IMG/VR virus record: IMGVR_UViG_3300006310_000773
Source of the DNA: a virus
Reading direction: 5' to 3' (one strand)
DNA length: 64,000 nt
Part shown: in pieces, positions 48,860-58,439 of the stretch
How the letters are laid out: each line of letters opens with the position of its first letter
Position numbering within the stretch: position 1 is the stretch's first letter
Notes under the pieces: model-generated
What the model was told of the DNA's origin: nothing
The model's input: the letters and a program-made list of their open reading frames with translations, nothing else
Database searches by the model: none
Made by a program: the position numbers and the translations under genes

Positions 48860-50200
48860 TTACCATAAAGGTTGTTGTTGTCTTTTTTTATTCTTAGATA
48901 AAGCCTTACCTAATCCATAATCTTCTTGAGAACCTGACCGCCTCACATCTAATGTAACACAATGCCAACCGGCGTCCCAAAAAAATCTATGCCTGTTAGG
49001 TACTACTACTGGTTCAATTCCAACCGCTTTAAACTGTTTAAATAATTCTTTATTATAATTATTACATATCATCATTCCTTCGTTGACCATTAAAACATTT
49101 ACATCAAAGACAGTTTCTATCATCTCACCTACCCAATGATTTAAATAGGTATCAACAAATTCTTGAAAATGTTTATTTTTTTCTTCTCCTGGCAACCACC
49201 ATTTACCTTGATTTTGATATTTTATTTTTTGGAACTCCTCAGGTGTAGCTAAATCCTCAACAGTATCACATGCTCTAATTTCTGTCCAAGATTTAGGTAT
49301 AATTTCATCATAATATGTAACATGGAAAGATGACAAACACACTCCTGGTTTTAACATCGCAAAACAAGAATCATTATGTCCTCCAATATCAGAAGAAATA
49401 TAATTAAAGTTTGGATATTTTTCTTCCATCCAATCGATTATGTTTACTCTTTCACTAACGTCAACTATACAGTCTTTACCAATTCTTGTTAATTGGGGAG
49501 CACAAAACCCACCAACCTTCCAAAAACCCATCCCGTCCGCTTTAAATTTTTCAGAATTAACAATATCAGGATTATCTTGAAACCATTTTTCAATATATTG
49601 ATTTATTTCTCTTATGGGCCTATCATCAATATTGTCAGGAATATAAGCATGCTTTTGTAATGATAAGCATTTCTCAAAATATGTTGTTTCAAAATATTCA
49701 CAATAATTTTCAACTATATCTAAATTAACTTGATCACCATAAACTTTTTTAAACCATGCCATCCAAGGTCTAAAATTCCATTCATTACTAGTAAACAAAA
49801 TATCATTGCCTACAGTAACAATATCATCTCTTGGATTCAGTGGTGGTACAGGTAATAAATTTCTACCTTTTTCATATAGATGGACGCCTTCTTCCTTCTC
49901 ATTATATGGATTGGGTGTGGCTCCAGCAAAAAAACCTGCTTCACCTAATTCACTACAATAATCTAAAATATTATTCTTAAAACCTAATTCTACAGTTGAA
50001 GGTTTTTGACAAACAACTCCCATACTTTCTAAAGTAGATTTTAAATTTTGTAAATCTTCTTCAGTCTCAATAGCAATACGTTGTAAGCAATCTCTTATCT
50101 GAGTATTCTTAACGTCATTATAAAACTCTGGTGGAAACGCACTACCAATAACAATCTCTTCAAGCGGCTGAAATTCAGACCAGCTATTAACTTTATTCAT
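48860..50200 (-). CDS. Amidinotransferase (AGAT/StrB1-like pentein)
   Basis: VNSWSEFQPLEEIVIG, PRDD, GHNDS, FDVNVL, GWHCVTLDVRR (catalytic His/Cys). Confidence 0.85.
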   Translation of the reverse strand: MNKVNSWSEFQPLEEIVIGSAFPPEFYNDVKNTQIRDCLQRIAIETEEDLQNLKSTLESMGVVCQKPSTVELGFKNNILDYCSELGEAGFFAGATPNPYNEKEEGVHLYEKGRNLLPVPPLNPRDDIVTVGNDILFTSNEWNFRPWMAWFKKVYGDQVNLDIVENYCEYFETTYFEKCLSLQKHAYIPDNIDDRPIREINQYIEKWFQDNPDIVNSEKFKADGMGFWKVGGFCAPQLTRIGKDCIVDVSERVNIIDWMEEKYPNFNYISSDIGGHNDSCFAMLKPGVCLSSFHVTYYDEIIPKSWTEIRACDTVEDLATPEEFQKIKYQNQGKWWLPGEEKNKHFQEFVDTYLNHWVGEMIETVFDVNVLMVNEGMMICNNYNKELFKQFKAVGIEPVVVPNRHRFFWDAGWHCVTLDVRRSGSQEDYGLGKALSKNKKRQQQPLW

Positions 50201-50520
50201 GGATAATCCCTATATAAAAAATGTTGTATAGTTTCTACATCTACATACTTATTAAATCCTACATGACTGTGCTCAATGTTATCAACATCATTTAATATAT
50301 TTGTCATTGCATCATCTAATTGTTGTAGGTTATTAAATTCCATATCAATACGAAATTCAGGTAAGTCCATACTACGAAACCCCAACTTCATTCTCGTAAT
50401 TCTATATGTAACTAACTTTTCTTGTTTTACTAATGTGTCAAGAAACACTTTCATTTTCGAAACAAAAGACTTTGCATCAATGTCTTCGATATGATCAGCA
50501 TAAATAGTGTAAACATCCAT
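50197..50520 (-). CDS. DUF6614-like dimeric alpha/beta protein
   Basis: YRITRMKLGF..LPEFRIDMEFNNLQQLDDA..LYRDYP. Confidence 0.6.
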   Translation of the reverse strand: MDVYTIYADHIEDIDAKSFVSKMKVFLDTLVKQEKLVTYRITRMKLGFRSMDLPEFRIDMEFNNLQQLDDAMTNILNDVDNIEHSHVGFNKYVDVETIQHFLYRDYP

Positions 50521-50540
50521 ATATTATATATTATTTTATT

Positions 50541-50999
50541 ATGTACTTTCGTCAAAAAATCGATTATTATTTTTGTAGGATTAATTTAAGTAAAACTAAT
50601 TATTCATTATATGAATCCGCACAAATCTTAAATCCCGTTCCAACAAATCAAATCTTAGAGATATACAATACCTACTGTAAATATAAAAACTTTAAAAGTG
50701 TCATGCCCCTTTTTGCGGAAGAATTGTTACATGATCATGTACAAATAATAGGATACTTTGATAATACCAATTTGGTTGCCTTTTCATATCTATACATGCT
50801 TAATAATAAAAATGTTGAATGTAATCAATTTGCATGGAACTATGAAAATCCAAAATTAAGTTTAGGTATTAAAAGTCTCAAACATGAATGTGCATTTTAT
50901 AAATCAAAAGGATATGAATATCTTTACTTGGGCGAAGATGATACATACAAACATCGAATAGATGGATTTGAAGCATTAGGTCCTATTGACGCCAATTAA
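50541..50999 (+). CDS. ATE1/Bpt C-terminal-like aminoacyl-tRNA transferase (GNAT) domain protein
   Basis: LVAFS..WNYENPKLSLGIKSLKHECAFYKSKGYEYLYLG..YK; fills gap between minus-strand genes. Confidence 0.7.
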   Translation: MYFRQKIDYYFCRINLSKTNYSLYESAQILNPVPTNQILEIYNTYCKYKNFKSVMPLFAEELLHDHVQIIGYFDNTNLVAFSYLYMLNNKNVECNQFAWNYENPKLSLGIKSLKHECAFYKSKGYEYLYLGEDDTYKHRIDGFEALGPIDAN

Positions 51000-51459
51000 C
51001 TACATCTTCTAGATTTTGTTCACTCCAAACATCATAATATCCTTTACGTTTTAAACTCTCACTAAACATTTGTATGTTACTTAATTTTTGCTTAAAAACT
51101 AAAGGGTATTTGCCATTGTTCATTACAACCCCATTTATTTCTTCAATATCATCAGGATGGTCTTCCAGACAAACAATGTCTTTCGGCATTAAAAAAGAAT
51201 TTGCAAGCTTAACTTGTTCACTCAAATAATCACTAGTAACATTTGGTGTATGTATAATACACAAATCATAATTATTATCCCATTCTAATGAACACAAATT
51301 GTCCAACAAATTCGTATCAAATTCACACCATACAATTTTATTATCAATCACAGCCTGTCTAGCATATGGACAAGGTGGCCAGTTATTTAATCCACTATTA
51401 TTAACGCTAACAAATTCTTCTATCCACTTTAAGATATATTCTTTTACATCATGCATCAT
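50983..51459 (-). CDS. DUF1415-like protein
   Basis: WIEEFV..WPPCPYARQA, LEDHP, YPLVFKQ. Confidence 0.55.
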   Translation of the reverse strand: MMHDVKEYILKWIEEFVSVNNSGLNNWPPCPYARQAVIDNKIVWCEFDTNLLDNLCSLEWDNNYDLCIIHTPNVTSDYLSEQVKLANSFLMPKDIVCLEDHPDDIEEINGVVMNNGKYPLVFKQKLSNIQMFSESLKRKGYYDVWSEQNLEDVVNWRQ

Positions 51460-52241
51460 TTAAAAAATTTATTTAAATTTGATTCGCTTCTATATTTAGC
51501 TATATTTTTCTTATTATATTCTAATTCTTTTGTTAAATCAAATGGCATTGTTTGAGTCTTTGCATATTTTGTTTCACCAGGAAGTTTTACTGTCCATTCC
51601 AAATCTGTATGTTTAGGATGATTCAATCCCCACACAACTGTTGATTTTTTCAAATATTTTCTATCTTTCTTAGTCATAGGATAAATGTATCTGAATTGCT
51701 TTCCTTTAACTCTACTCAATTTCAAATCCCTCAATTGTTCAAAATTGGGTCTATGACCATACTTCAAACCTTCTTTATTTGGTAGAATTCCTTGTAGAGT
51801 TCTTGGATGAACTTTCTCACCCCCTTCTGTAACATATGTATCTGTAATAGAAAATCCACCATACAGAAAGTTTGCAGCCTGATACACATATCCTGGCTTA
51901 CCTACGATTCCATCTGCCCATGTAAAAAGATATTTGATATCTGTATTTTCTCTTAACCACTTAACTGCCATTGACAACATTTGTGATTCACTATTTTTAG
52001 GCATAGAATCATCCATACACATTTTACCAATTTCATAATAATCTTTTGTGTTCAATTCTGGAAATAATGCTTGAATTGTATGTTTTGGTCTTGTGCCCCA
52101 ACCAAATGTGATCACACCTACTAATTCTTCTTCAACAAAACATCCAAGAAAATATTTTGTAAGTCTTGGCATTACTGCAGAATAATGTCTATCTGCGACA
52201 AATTCAGATGCAGTTATTTTGTGTAATTGTTTTAATAACAT
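51456..52241 (-). CDS. Mom-like GNAT DNA-modification protein (copy 3)
   Basis: RHYS, GVITFG, YEIGKMC, PKNSESQML, FTWADGIVGKPGYVYQAANFLYGG. Confidence 0.8.
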   Translation of the reverse strand: MLLKQLHKITASEFVADRHYSAVMPRLTKYFLGCFVEEELVGVITFGWGTRPKHTIQALFPELNTKDYYEIGKMCMDDSMPKNSESQMLSMAVKWLRENTDIKYLFTWADGIVGKPGYVYQAANFLYGGFSITDTYVTEGGEKVHPRTLQGILPNKEGLKYGHRPNFEQLRDLKLSRVKGKQFRYIYPMTKKDRKYLKKSTVVWGLNHPKHTDLEWTVKLPGETKYAKTQTMPFDLTKELEYNKKNIAKYRSESNLNKFFK

Positions 52242-52247
52242 AATATA

Positions 52248-52323
52248 TGGTGGAGCTGACAGGGATCGAACCTGCTACCTCATCCGTGCAAGGGATGCGC
52301 TCTCCCAGTTGAGCTACAGCCCC
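52248..52323 (-). tRNA. tRNA-Ala(UGC) with encoded CCA
   Basis: GGGGCTG/CAGCTCC acceptor stem with G3:U70, anticodon loop CT-TGC-AC, TTCGATC T-loop, ACCA end; 76 nt. Confidence 0.96.
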
Positions 52324-52547
52324 TAAATTGGTATGAGTGAATCTTCCCAATTAGCTAACAGTGATCCTGAATTGGGATGAGTGAGAACTTTAAACTCTCC
52401 TAAACTATCCCAAACCCCATCTATTAAATTTGGTTTTTTATTAAAAACTGTAACAGATCCGTCTTCATCTTTAGCCATCCATTTCCAGTTATTTTCTAAA
52501 GAGAATTTTAATTCAATAATCTTGTTCTCTTCCTGTAGATTCTCCAT
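52323..52547 (-). CDS. Small hypothetical protein
   Basis: WMAKDEDG..NWEDSL motif common in phage proteins. Confidence 0.6.
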   Translation of the reverse strand: MENLQEENKIIELKFSLENNWKWMAKDEDGSVTVFNKKPNLIDGVWDSLGEFKVLTHPNSGSLLANWEDSLIPI

Positions 52548-52713
52548 TTGACCTCATTGTTGTGTAATTGTTTGAGTTTTCTTCATATATATCTGATATT
52601 GCGTCTTCCCAATCCTCATCTTCTTCTCTGTTAAAAAAAGGTAAGTGACGCAATACATTATTCATTCTTTGTTTTTTGTGAAATTGCCTTTTGTCAATTT
52701 TTGATTTAGACAT
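52513..52713 (-). CDS. Small hypothetical protein
   Basis: ORF with GAGGAG SD. Confidence 0.5.
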   Translation of the reverse strand: MSKSKIDKRQFHKKQRMNNVLRHLPFFNREEDEDWEDAISDIYEENSNNYTTMRSNGESTGREQDY

Positions 52714-53218
52714 CTCTCCTCATTTTTTTTAAATTATGTTTACGCTTTTTCATTGCTTGTTTTAAAATAAAATTAGAAACTTCCCAAAAATATTCTCTGC
52801 CCCTCACATGTTCCATTTCATGTTGAAATATTCTAGAAGAAAGACCATTAAAAACCGCCCCCTTTGTAGATCCATCTGAAACTTCAAATTGTGCCTTTAT
52901 AGATTCTGATCTTCTTATTGCTATCTCCAACCCAGGATATGAAAGACATAATTCTCTAAAATACGTAGTTTCTTCACTGTATTCTATAATTTCAGGATTA
53001 AAAACAACAATTGGTTTACTATCCCAAATCATGGCAAATGCAGATAAATTGAGTCCTATTTGATTACTAGTTAATCCAATCCCTTCGTGCTCTCTCATAT
53101 TTTCTATTAATATATTTGATAATTCTTCAGGATCTTGTTGTGGATTATTCCAATCAAAGGGAACTAACGGTTCACAAAGAATATCTGCTGTTTCTTCAAC
53201 TAATGGTAGGATTCTCAT
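52706..53218 (-). CDS. def: Peptide deformylase (divergent motifs)
   Basis: GIGLTSNQIG, ELCLSYP, FQHEMEH. Confidence 0.85.
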   Translation of the reverse strand: MRILPLVEETADILCEPLVPFDWNNPQQDPEELSNILIENMREHEGIGLTSNQIGLNLSAFAMIWDSKPIVVFNPEIIEYSEETTYFRELCLSYPGLEIAIRRSESIKAQFEVSDGSTKGAVFNGLSSRIFQHEMEHVRGREYFWEVSNFILKQAMKKRKHNLKKMRRDV

Positions 53219-54929
53219 AATCTACTATTCTACTAAAATAATTTTTCTTTTCAAATTTAATCATGTGTTTAAATTTTTCATAAAGAGATTCTCCCTTATG
53301 AGAGATAACAAAAGTATTAATATTTTTATCTAAACCATTTATCAATTTCAAAAATTCATCTGTTCCTGCTGCATCTAAGGAACTGTCAAATACTTCATCA
53401 AGTATTAATAGATTAGTGTTCATACTATTTTTGATTTTAGCGACTTGTCTCCAAGCAAATAATAATGCCAAATCAATTCTCATCTTCTCACCTTCCGAAA
53501 ATGATGAATATGTAAAGTCATCTCTAAACCTAGATTTTATTGTTTCATTAAAATTTTCATCTAGATTAAATGAAACATAAAAATCTAATGCTGTAAGATT
53601 CCTCTGAATATACGTATTTATTATTGGTAAATAAGTTTTTATAATACGAGATTTAATTCCCCCATCTTTTAATAAAGATGTGGCAACCTCATGTATCTCT
53701 TTAACTGTAAATAAGCCTTTAACCTCTTCTTCATATTTATTTAAATTGTTCTGATAATCTGCTAATTTTTTTCTTTGTTCTTTAATATTTCCTGTCAGAG
53801 AAAGTTTAGATAATTCATCTTTAATCTTTTCAATATATTTTTGTATTCCTAAAATAGAATTTGTATTTTTTGAAATTTTTGATTGAAAATCTGATATCTG
53901 TTCAAGTTGTATAGAAATTTCATCTATTTTTGTTTGAGTGGTTTCTAATTCAGTTATCAGTTCTTTCAATCCACTCTGCTGTTCACCAACTTTATTTTTC
54001 TTAGTTTTAATTTGTTCAGATCTGAATATCTCATCTATTGATTGTTTACATGTTGGACAATCTGTATTTTCTTCATAAAAATGTATTTCATGTTCTTTTG
54101 ACTGTATACTATCCTGAACCTTTTCTTTCAAAATGTCAAGTTTTTTCTTTCGAGTATTGATTTTATTAGAATCTTTAACAGACTCTATCAAAGAATTGGT
54201 AGATTGTTGGATTATTTCATTATCCTTATTATACGAATCTATTTGAATATTCGAATCATCTATTTTCTTTTGATTTTCTTCAATCAATTTTTGATTGTCT
54301 TTTTCAAGAGATGTTATATAATCATTTTGTACATTAATTTGATGATTTATTTTATCTTTTTGTATTGCCAAATCATCTAATTCATTTTTATTTTCAGAAA
54401 CACGCTCCTTCAAAAGATTGTTCATTAATGAAAAAATTTGAATATCTAAAAGAGATTCAATAATATTTCTCCTATCCGTCAATTTTAATTGCATGAATGG
54501 AGTAAAGGATGCAGATCCAAGAATTACAACTTGTGTAAATGATTTATAATTAAATTGTAAAATTGTTTTCTCAAGATATTCTTGATAATCTCTAGAATGA
54601 GAGTCTTGATTTATTAATTTTTGATTACATTTTATTTCAAATATATTAGGTTTTATTCCCCTAGACACTTGATAAAAATTATTTCCAATTGAAAATTCCA
54701 ATTCTACTAATGTTCCTCTTTCATTTGTAGAATTTACCAATTGTGGTTTATTAATATTTCTGAATGGTTTTCCATACAGCGCAAAGCATAGTGCATCAAG
54801 AATGGTTGATTTTCCAGAACCATTCTCTCCAATAATCAATGATGTTGTGGATTTGTCTAAAAGGATTTCGACGGGATTATTTCCTGTTGACAAGAAATTA
54901 GTCCAACGGACCTTCTTAAATATTATCAT
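53196..54929 (-). CDS. gp46: Recombination endonuclease ATPase subunit (Rad50-like)
   Basis: GENGSGKS, CPTC hook, FSEGEKMRIDLAL, LILDEVFD. Confidence 0.97.
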   Translation of the reverse strand: MIIFKKVRWTNFLSTGNNPVEILLDKSTTSLIIGENGSGKSTILDALCFALYGKPFRNINKPQLVNSTNERGTLVELEFSIGNNFYQVSRGIKPNIFEIKCNQKLINQDSHSRDYQEYLEKTILQFNYKSFTQVVILGSASFTPFMQLKLTDRRNIIESLLDIQIFSLMNNLLKERVSENKNELDDLAIQKDKINHQINVQNDYITSLEKDNQKLIEENQKKIDDSNIQIDSYNKDNEIIQQSTNSLIESVKDSNKINTRKKKLDILKEKVQDSIQSKEHEIHFYEENTDCPTCKQSIDEIFRSEQIKTKKNKVGEQQSGLKELITELETTQTKIDEISIQLEQISDFQSKISKNTNSILGIQKYIEKIKDELSKLSLTGNIKEQRKKLADYQNNLNKYEEEVKGLFTVKEIHEVATSLLKDGGIKSRIIKTYLPIINTYIQRNLTALDFYVSFNLDENFNETIKSRFRDDFTYSSFSEGEKMRIDLALLFAWRQVAKIKNSMNTNLLILDEVFDSSLDAAGTDEFLKLINGLDKNINTFVISHKGESLYEKFKHMIKFEKKNYFSRIVDYENPTIS

Positions 54930-55231
54930 TAAGATTCATTTAAAAGTTGGGGACGAGAATCGTGTTCAAATCGATGCTCTCCACTTTCAATTCCTTGTCT
55001 TAAAATATCTATACAATATGCATTGAGCGTTACATTATTTTCATGTGCTAAAATAGCGAGCTTGATTGCGTCTTTATTAGGTAATGAAATGGGTATATTT
55101 GATTTTGTTTCTATCATTGGATTGCCAGGCCCGCATGCGGTCGGCTTTCTCTTTGGTTTCGTGCCTTTAATTGATTCTTCCTGTGTTTTTCGTCTTTGTC
55201 TTTCTATCTCATCCATATCATAATTGCTCAT
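54929..55231 (-). CDS. Ribbon-helix-helix (HicB C-terminal-like) DNA-binding protein
   Basis: ISLPNKDAIKLAILAHENNVTLNAYCIDILR. Confidence 0.55.
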   Translation of the reverse strand: MSNYDMDEIERQRRKTQEESIKGTKPKRKPTACGPGNPMIETKSNIPISLPNKDAIKLAILAHENNVTLNAYCIDILRQGIESGEHRFEHDSRPQLLNES

Positions 55232-55239
55232 GGTTTCCT

Positions 55240-56304
55240 TTATGAAGTAATAAATTCAGTTTGAAGTGCTTCAGTATGTAAATCTCTCATTAAAATATCA
55301 AGTTCTCCTTTATTCACATTAGTTTCTAATGCTTCTATATATCTTGATACAATTGACATTGTGTCTTCAGACTCAATATCTTCTATAAGTTGATCAGATA
55401 TCATACTATCAATATGTGTGTCTACTACCACCACACTAGATGGATCATTTTGCTCTATTCTTTGTATTAATTGTTCCATCAAGTAAGAGTCAGATTTCTT
55501 TTGGACAACTACTTTAACATAACAATTCTTATATTCAGAATAATCAGCATTTACTATATCAGTAAAATCTTTATCTGTATCATCATAATATATTTTTTTA
55601 AAAATTACCTTTTCATTTGGTATAAATTCTAACTCTCTTGATTCTGTATCAAAAATATGAAACCCCTTTTGATCTGCATAGTCTTGCCAAGTCATTTCAT
55701 ATGGATTGCCCAAATAAAATAAAGTTCCATTATCAGATTTATGATGAAAATGTCCACTTAATACAACATCAAATTTCTCAAATATATTTTTCTTCATTCC
55801 CTCTTGTGAATATACGCCACTATGCATTTCAAATCCATCTACTTGAAAATGACCAAACATTACTTGAGATTTTGTTTCTTTTATCGCACTAATACATTCT
55901 TCATAATTTTCATCATTAATCCAGGGCATGAACAAAATATCCAAAGTTCCAAATTTTACTTCTTTGGGAACATTATAAATTTCAAAATCATATTCTCGCA
56001 ACAATAAATCTGTACTTGCTACATCATTTGTATTTTTATAATAAACATCATGATTACCTAAAATAAAATGACATGGATATTCTTGACATGGCTTGAAAAA
56101 TTTTTCTCTCCAAGAAGATAGTGTATTGAAATTAATATACTTTCTTCTATCAAATAAATCTCCAAGATGAATTATGGCTTCTACTCCTCTTTCCTTTATT
56201 GTAGGAAAAAATTGATTTTCATAAAAATCCATAAAAAAATTATTAAAAATAGCAGAATCATTTCTTGCACCCGCATGGGTATCAGTTATCAGCGCTAGCT
56301 TCAT
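55240..56304 (-). CDS. gp47: Recombination endonuclease subunit (Mre11-like)
   Basis: ITDTHAG, LGDLFDRR, LGNHD, SGHFH; start at ATG 56304. Confidence 0.96.
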   Translation of the reverse strand: MKLALITDTHAGARNDSAIFNNFFMDFYENQFFPTIKERGVEAIIHLGDLFDRRKYINFNTLSSWREKFFKPCQEYPCHFILGNHDVYYKNTNDVASTDLLLREYDFEIYNVPKEVKFGTLDILFMPWINDENYEECISAIKETKSQVMFGHFQVDGFEMHSGVYSQEGMKKNIFEKFDVVLSGHFHHKSDNGTLFYLGNPYEMTWQDYADQKGFHIFDTESRELEFIPNEKVIFKKIYYDDTDKDFTDIVNADYSEYKNCYVKVVVQKKSDSYLMEQLIQRIEQNDPSSVVVVDTHIDSMISDQLIEDIESEDTMSIVSRYIEALETNVNKGELDILMRDLHTEALQTEFITS

Positions 56305-56848
56305 CTTTTTCTTCTTTATATAATGGTGGTGTGGGTTTGGCTTTTTTGGATTTTTTTCTTTTATATCTTTCAAAATTATCTATAAAATCATAAATTTCTG
56401 AAAATTTTTCCATAGATACTTGATCTGTTGCACCTGTAGATTTTTCAGATGCAATATAATCAGCATTGTCTTCCAAAAATCTATTTTTATCAATCGTTTT
56501 ATATTTAATATATAACTGTTTTTTTTCTTTTTGTATTCTTCTTAAAAATGCATAATATATAATTTGTGTGAAATATGCGAATGGATTTGATGATTTTTCA
56601 GGATCAAAATTATTAACATACTGCAAACAATTTTCTATACCATCAGATATCATATCTTCTCTAAATGCATAATTCATAAAATTTGGTCTATGAGAAAGCC
56701 TCTCTGCTATCAACATAAAACATTCTCCAATATAATCTGGAAGTAAAGGCGATTCTTCTCCTTTATCTTTTGTAATTAAATACTTATTTCTATATTCTTG
56801 GATTTCTTCTAAGAATTTTGCATTATTTACATAATGCTTTGATGCCAT
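56282..56848 (-). CDS. gp55: Late transcription sigma factor
   Basis: HYVNN, RPNFMNY, DGIENC, NPFAYFTQIIYYAFLRRI. Confidence 0.97.
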   Translation of the reverse strand: MASKHYVNNAKFLEEIQEYRNKYLITKDKGEESPLLPDYIGECFMLIAERLSHRPNFMNYAFREDMISDGIENCLQYVNNFDPEKSSNPFAYFTQIIYYAFLRRIQKEKKQLYIKYKTIDKNRFLEDNADYIASEKSTGATDQVSMEKFSEIYDFIDNFERYKRKKSKKAKPTPPLYKEEKDEASADN

Positions 56849-56881
56849 AATTAACTCCTTATAAATTTTTAAATATAACTA

Positions 56882-56910
56882 ATTATATCATAGGAAAGGG
56901 CAAGAGTCAA
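56882..56910 (-). promoter_or_regulatory. Sigma70-type promoter upstream of gp55
   Basis: TTGACT-17-TATAAT. Confidence 0.75.
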
Positions 56911-56924
56911 TATAAATCTTTTTA

Positions 56925-58439
56925 CTATCCTTTAAACTTTAAATTTCTAATTTTATATGGAAAACTTTCTTCATTATACATTTGAATTCTTATTTTAAAA
57001 TGATTCAATGTATAATTTGATTTACTTTTCCAAGATAGATCATCACTAATATCATAAAGGGTCGCCATTTCTTTTGTTGCACTTTTACGCAATCCTCTAC
57101 CTATCGATTGAAGGTTCCTAATACGAGATTTAGAAGGACTAGCGAAAATAATGTTGTGAAGATTCCTAATGTTGACGCCGGTACTGTATACGCCATAACT
57201 GGCAATAATAATCGCGTTTTTTGATTTTTCTGTAATTCCTCTGAATTGTTCTCTTCGTTCGGCGTCGGTTCCGCCATATATAAAAAATATTCTTCGCTTA
57301 TCATTTGATCCTTCCTTTATTGCTTCAAATAAAGACTTTCCATGTTTGATTAGAGAAAACAATATTAATGTATTCCCATTTAGCGTCAATGCTAGATTTT
57401 TAATGAAAGTTATTCTATTTTTATTAGTTATTAAATATTCAAGTTCTTCTCTATATTTTAATTTTTTTGCAGCCTCACATATATCATCACTATACTGTAA
57501 TACTAAAGATTCTATTTTAAATGGTGATAGTATACTTTTATCAATAAGATCCTTTGTAGTAGTCGATTTAAAAACTCGACCAAATAACCCTTCTAAAACT
57601 AGTTTATGTGTCTGAGTGCCATCTAGAGTCCCTGTAGAGCCTATTCTATAGTCCGCATTTATGGCTTTAGTCATTATATTTGTTAATGATTTTGATTTAA
57701 ATCCATGAGCCTCATCTCCAAATATTGCATCATATTGAGAAAAATATTCCTCTTTTAATTTATATATACTCTGCCATGTAGAAATGATAATAGGTTTTTC
57801 TGAAACCTTATCTTGTCCAGCAAAAACAACATGACAATTATCTCTATTAGACCATCCATTATTTATTGAATAATCTCCAAAATCATTATACATTTGTGAT
57901 GTGAGTGACGTTGTGGGTACTATTAAAAGTATCTTCTTTTTATTTAAATGATCCTGTAAATATCTTATTAACAAATATATTATAAATGATTTTCCAGAAG
58001 CCGTCGGAGATACTAATAACATTCTTTTATAAATTATACCCGCCCGTATAGCATCAAATTGATAATCATGTGGATCAAATGGTAATTTTAAACTTACAAT
58101 ATAATCAAATAAATCACCATCCGTTATGTTATGGATATTATTAACATTTTCTTGACAAATACATGGATACTTTCTGCCTTGAGCAAACTTCTGCACATAA
58201 GATAATAAACCAAAATAAAGTCTTTGGTCATGTACACTATATAATCTAATTTTTCCATCCCACAATTTTTCTCTAAATGCGGGCATGAATTGAAATCCTG
58301 GAACACTAAATGTAAAATAATCACACAATTCTTGTGCAACTGATGGATTTGTCTTTACTTTAATGTATGATTCATTTATTTTTGATACAAATAAAGTATC
58401 AATGTTCTGGATTTGTGAACTTGTGCCACTCGATTGCAT
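56925..58439 (-). CDS. uvsW: SF2 helicase UvsW
   Basis: WDGKIRL, SPTASGKS, GDEAH, QSIGRGLR; start uncertain. Confidence 0.96.
   Translation of the reverse strand: MQSSGTSSQIQNIDTLFVSKINESYIKVKTNPSVAQELCDYFTFSVPGFQFMPAFREKLWDGKIRLYSVHDQRLYFGLLSYVQKFAQGRKYPCICQENVNNIHNITDGDLFDYIVSLKLPFDPHDYQFDAIRAGIIYKRMLLVSPTASGKSFIIYLLIRYLQDHLNKKKILLIVPTTSLTSQMYNDFGDYSINNGWSNRDNCHVVFAGQDKVSEKPIIISTWQSIYKLKEEYFSQYDAIFGDEAHGFKSKSLTNIMTKAINADYRIGSTGTLDGTQTHKLVLEGLFGRVFKSTTTKDLIDKSILSPFKIESLVLQYSDDICEAAKKLKYREELEYLITNKNRITFIKNLALTLNGNTLILFSLIKHGKSLFEAIKEGSNDKRRIFFIYGGTDAERREQFRGITEKSKNAIIIASYGVYSTGVNIRNLHNIIFASPSKSRIRNLQSIGRGLRKSATKEMATLYDISDDLSWKSKSNYTLNHFKIRIQMYNEESFPYKIRNLKFKG

Noticed and set aside
48860-50200. 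Amidinotransferase as part of a 7-deazaguanine (archaeosine) DNA-modification pathway
   Set aside because: It is a pentein-fold AGAT-like enzyme, and no dpdA, folE or queC/D genes are recognisable in the window
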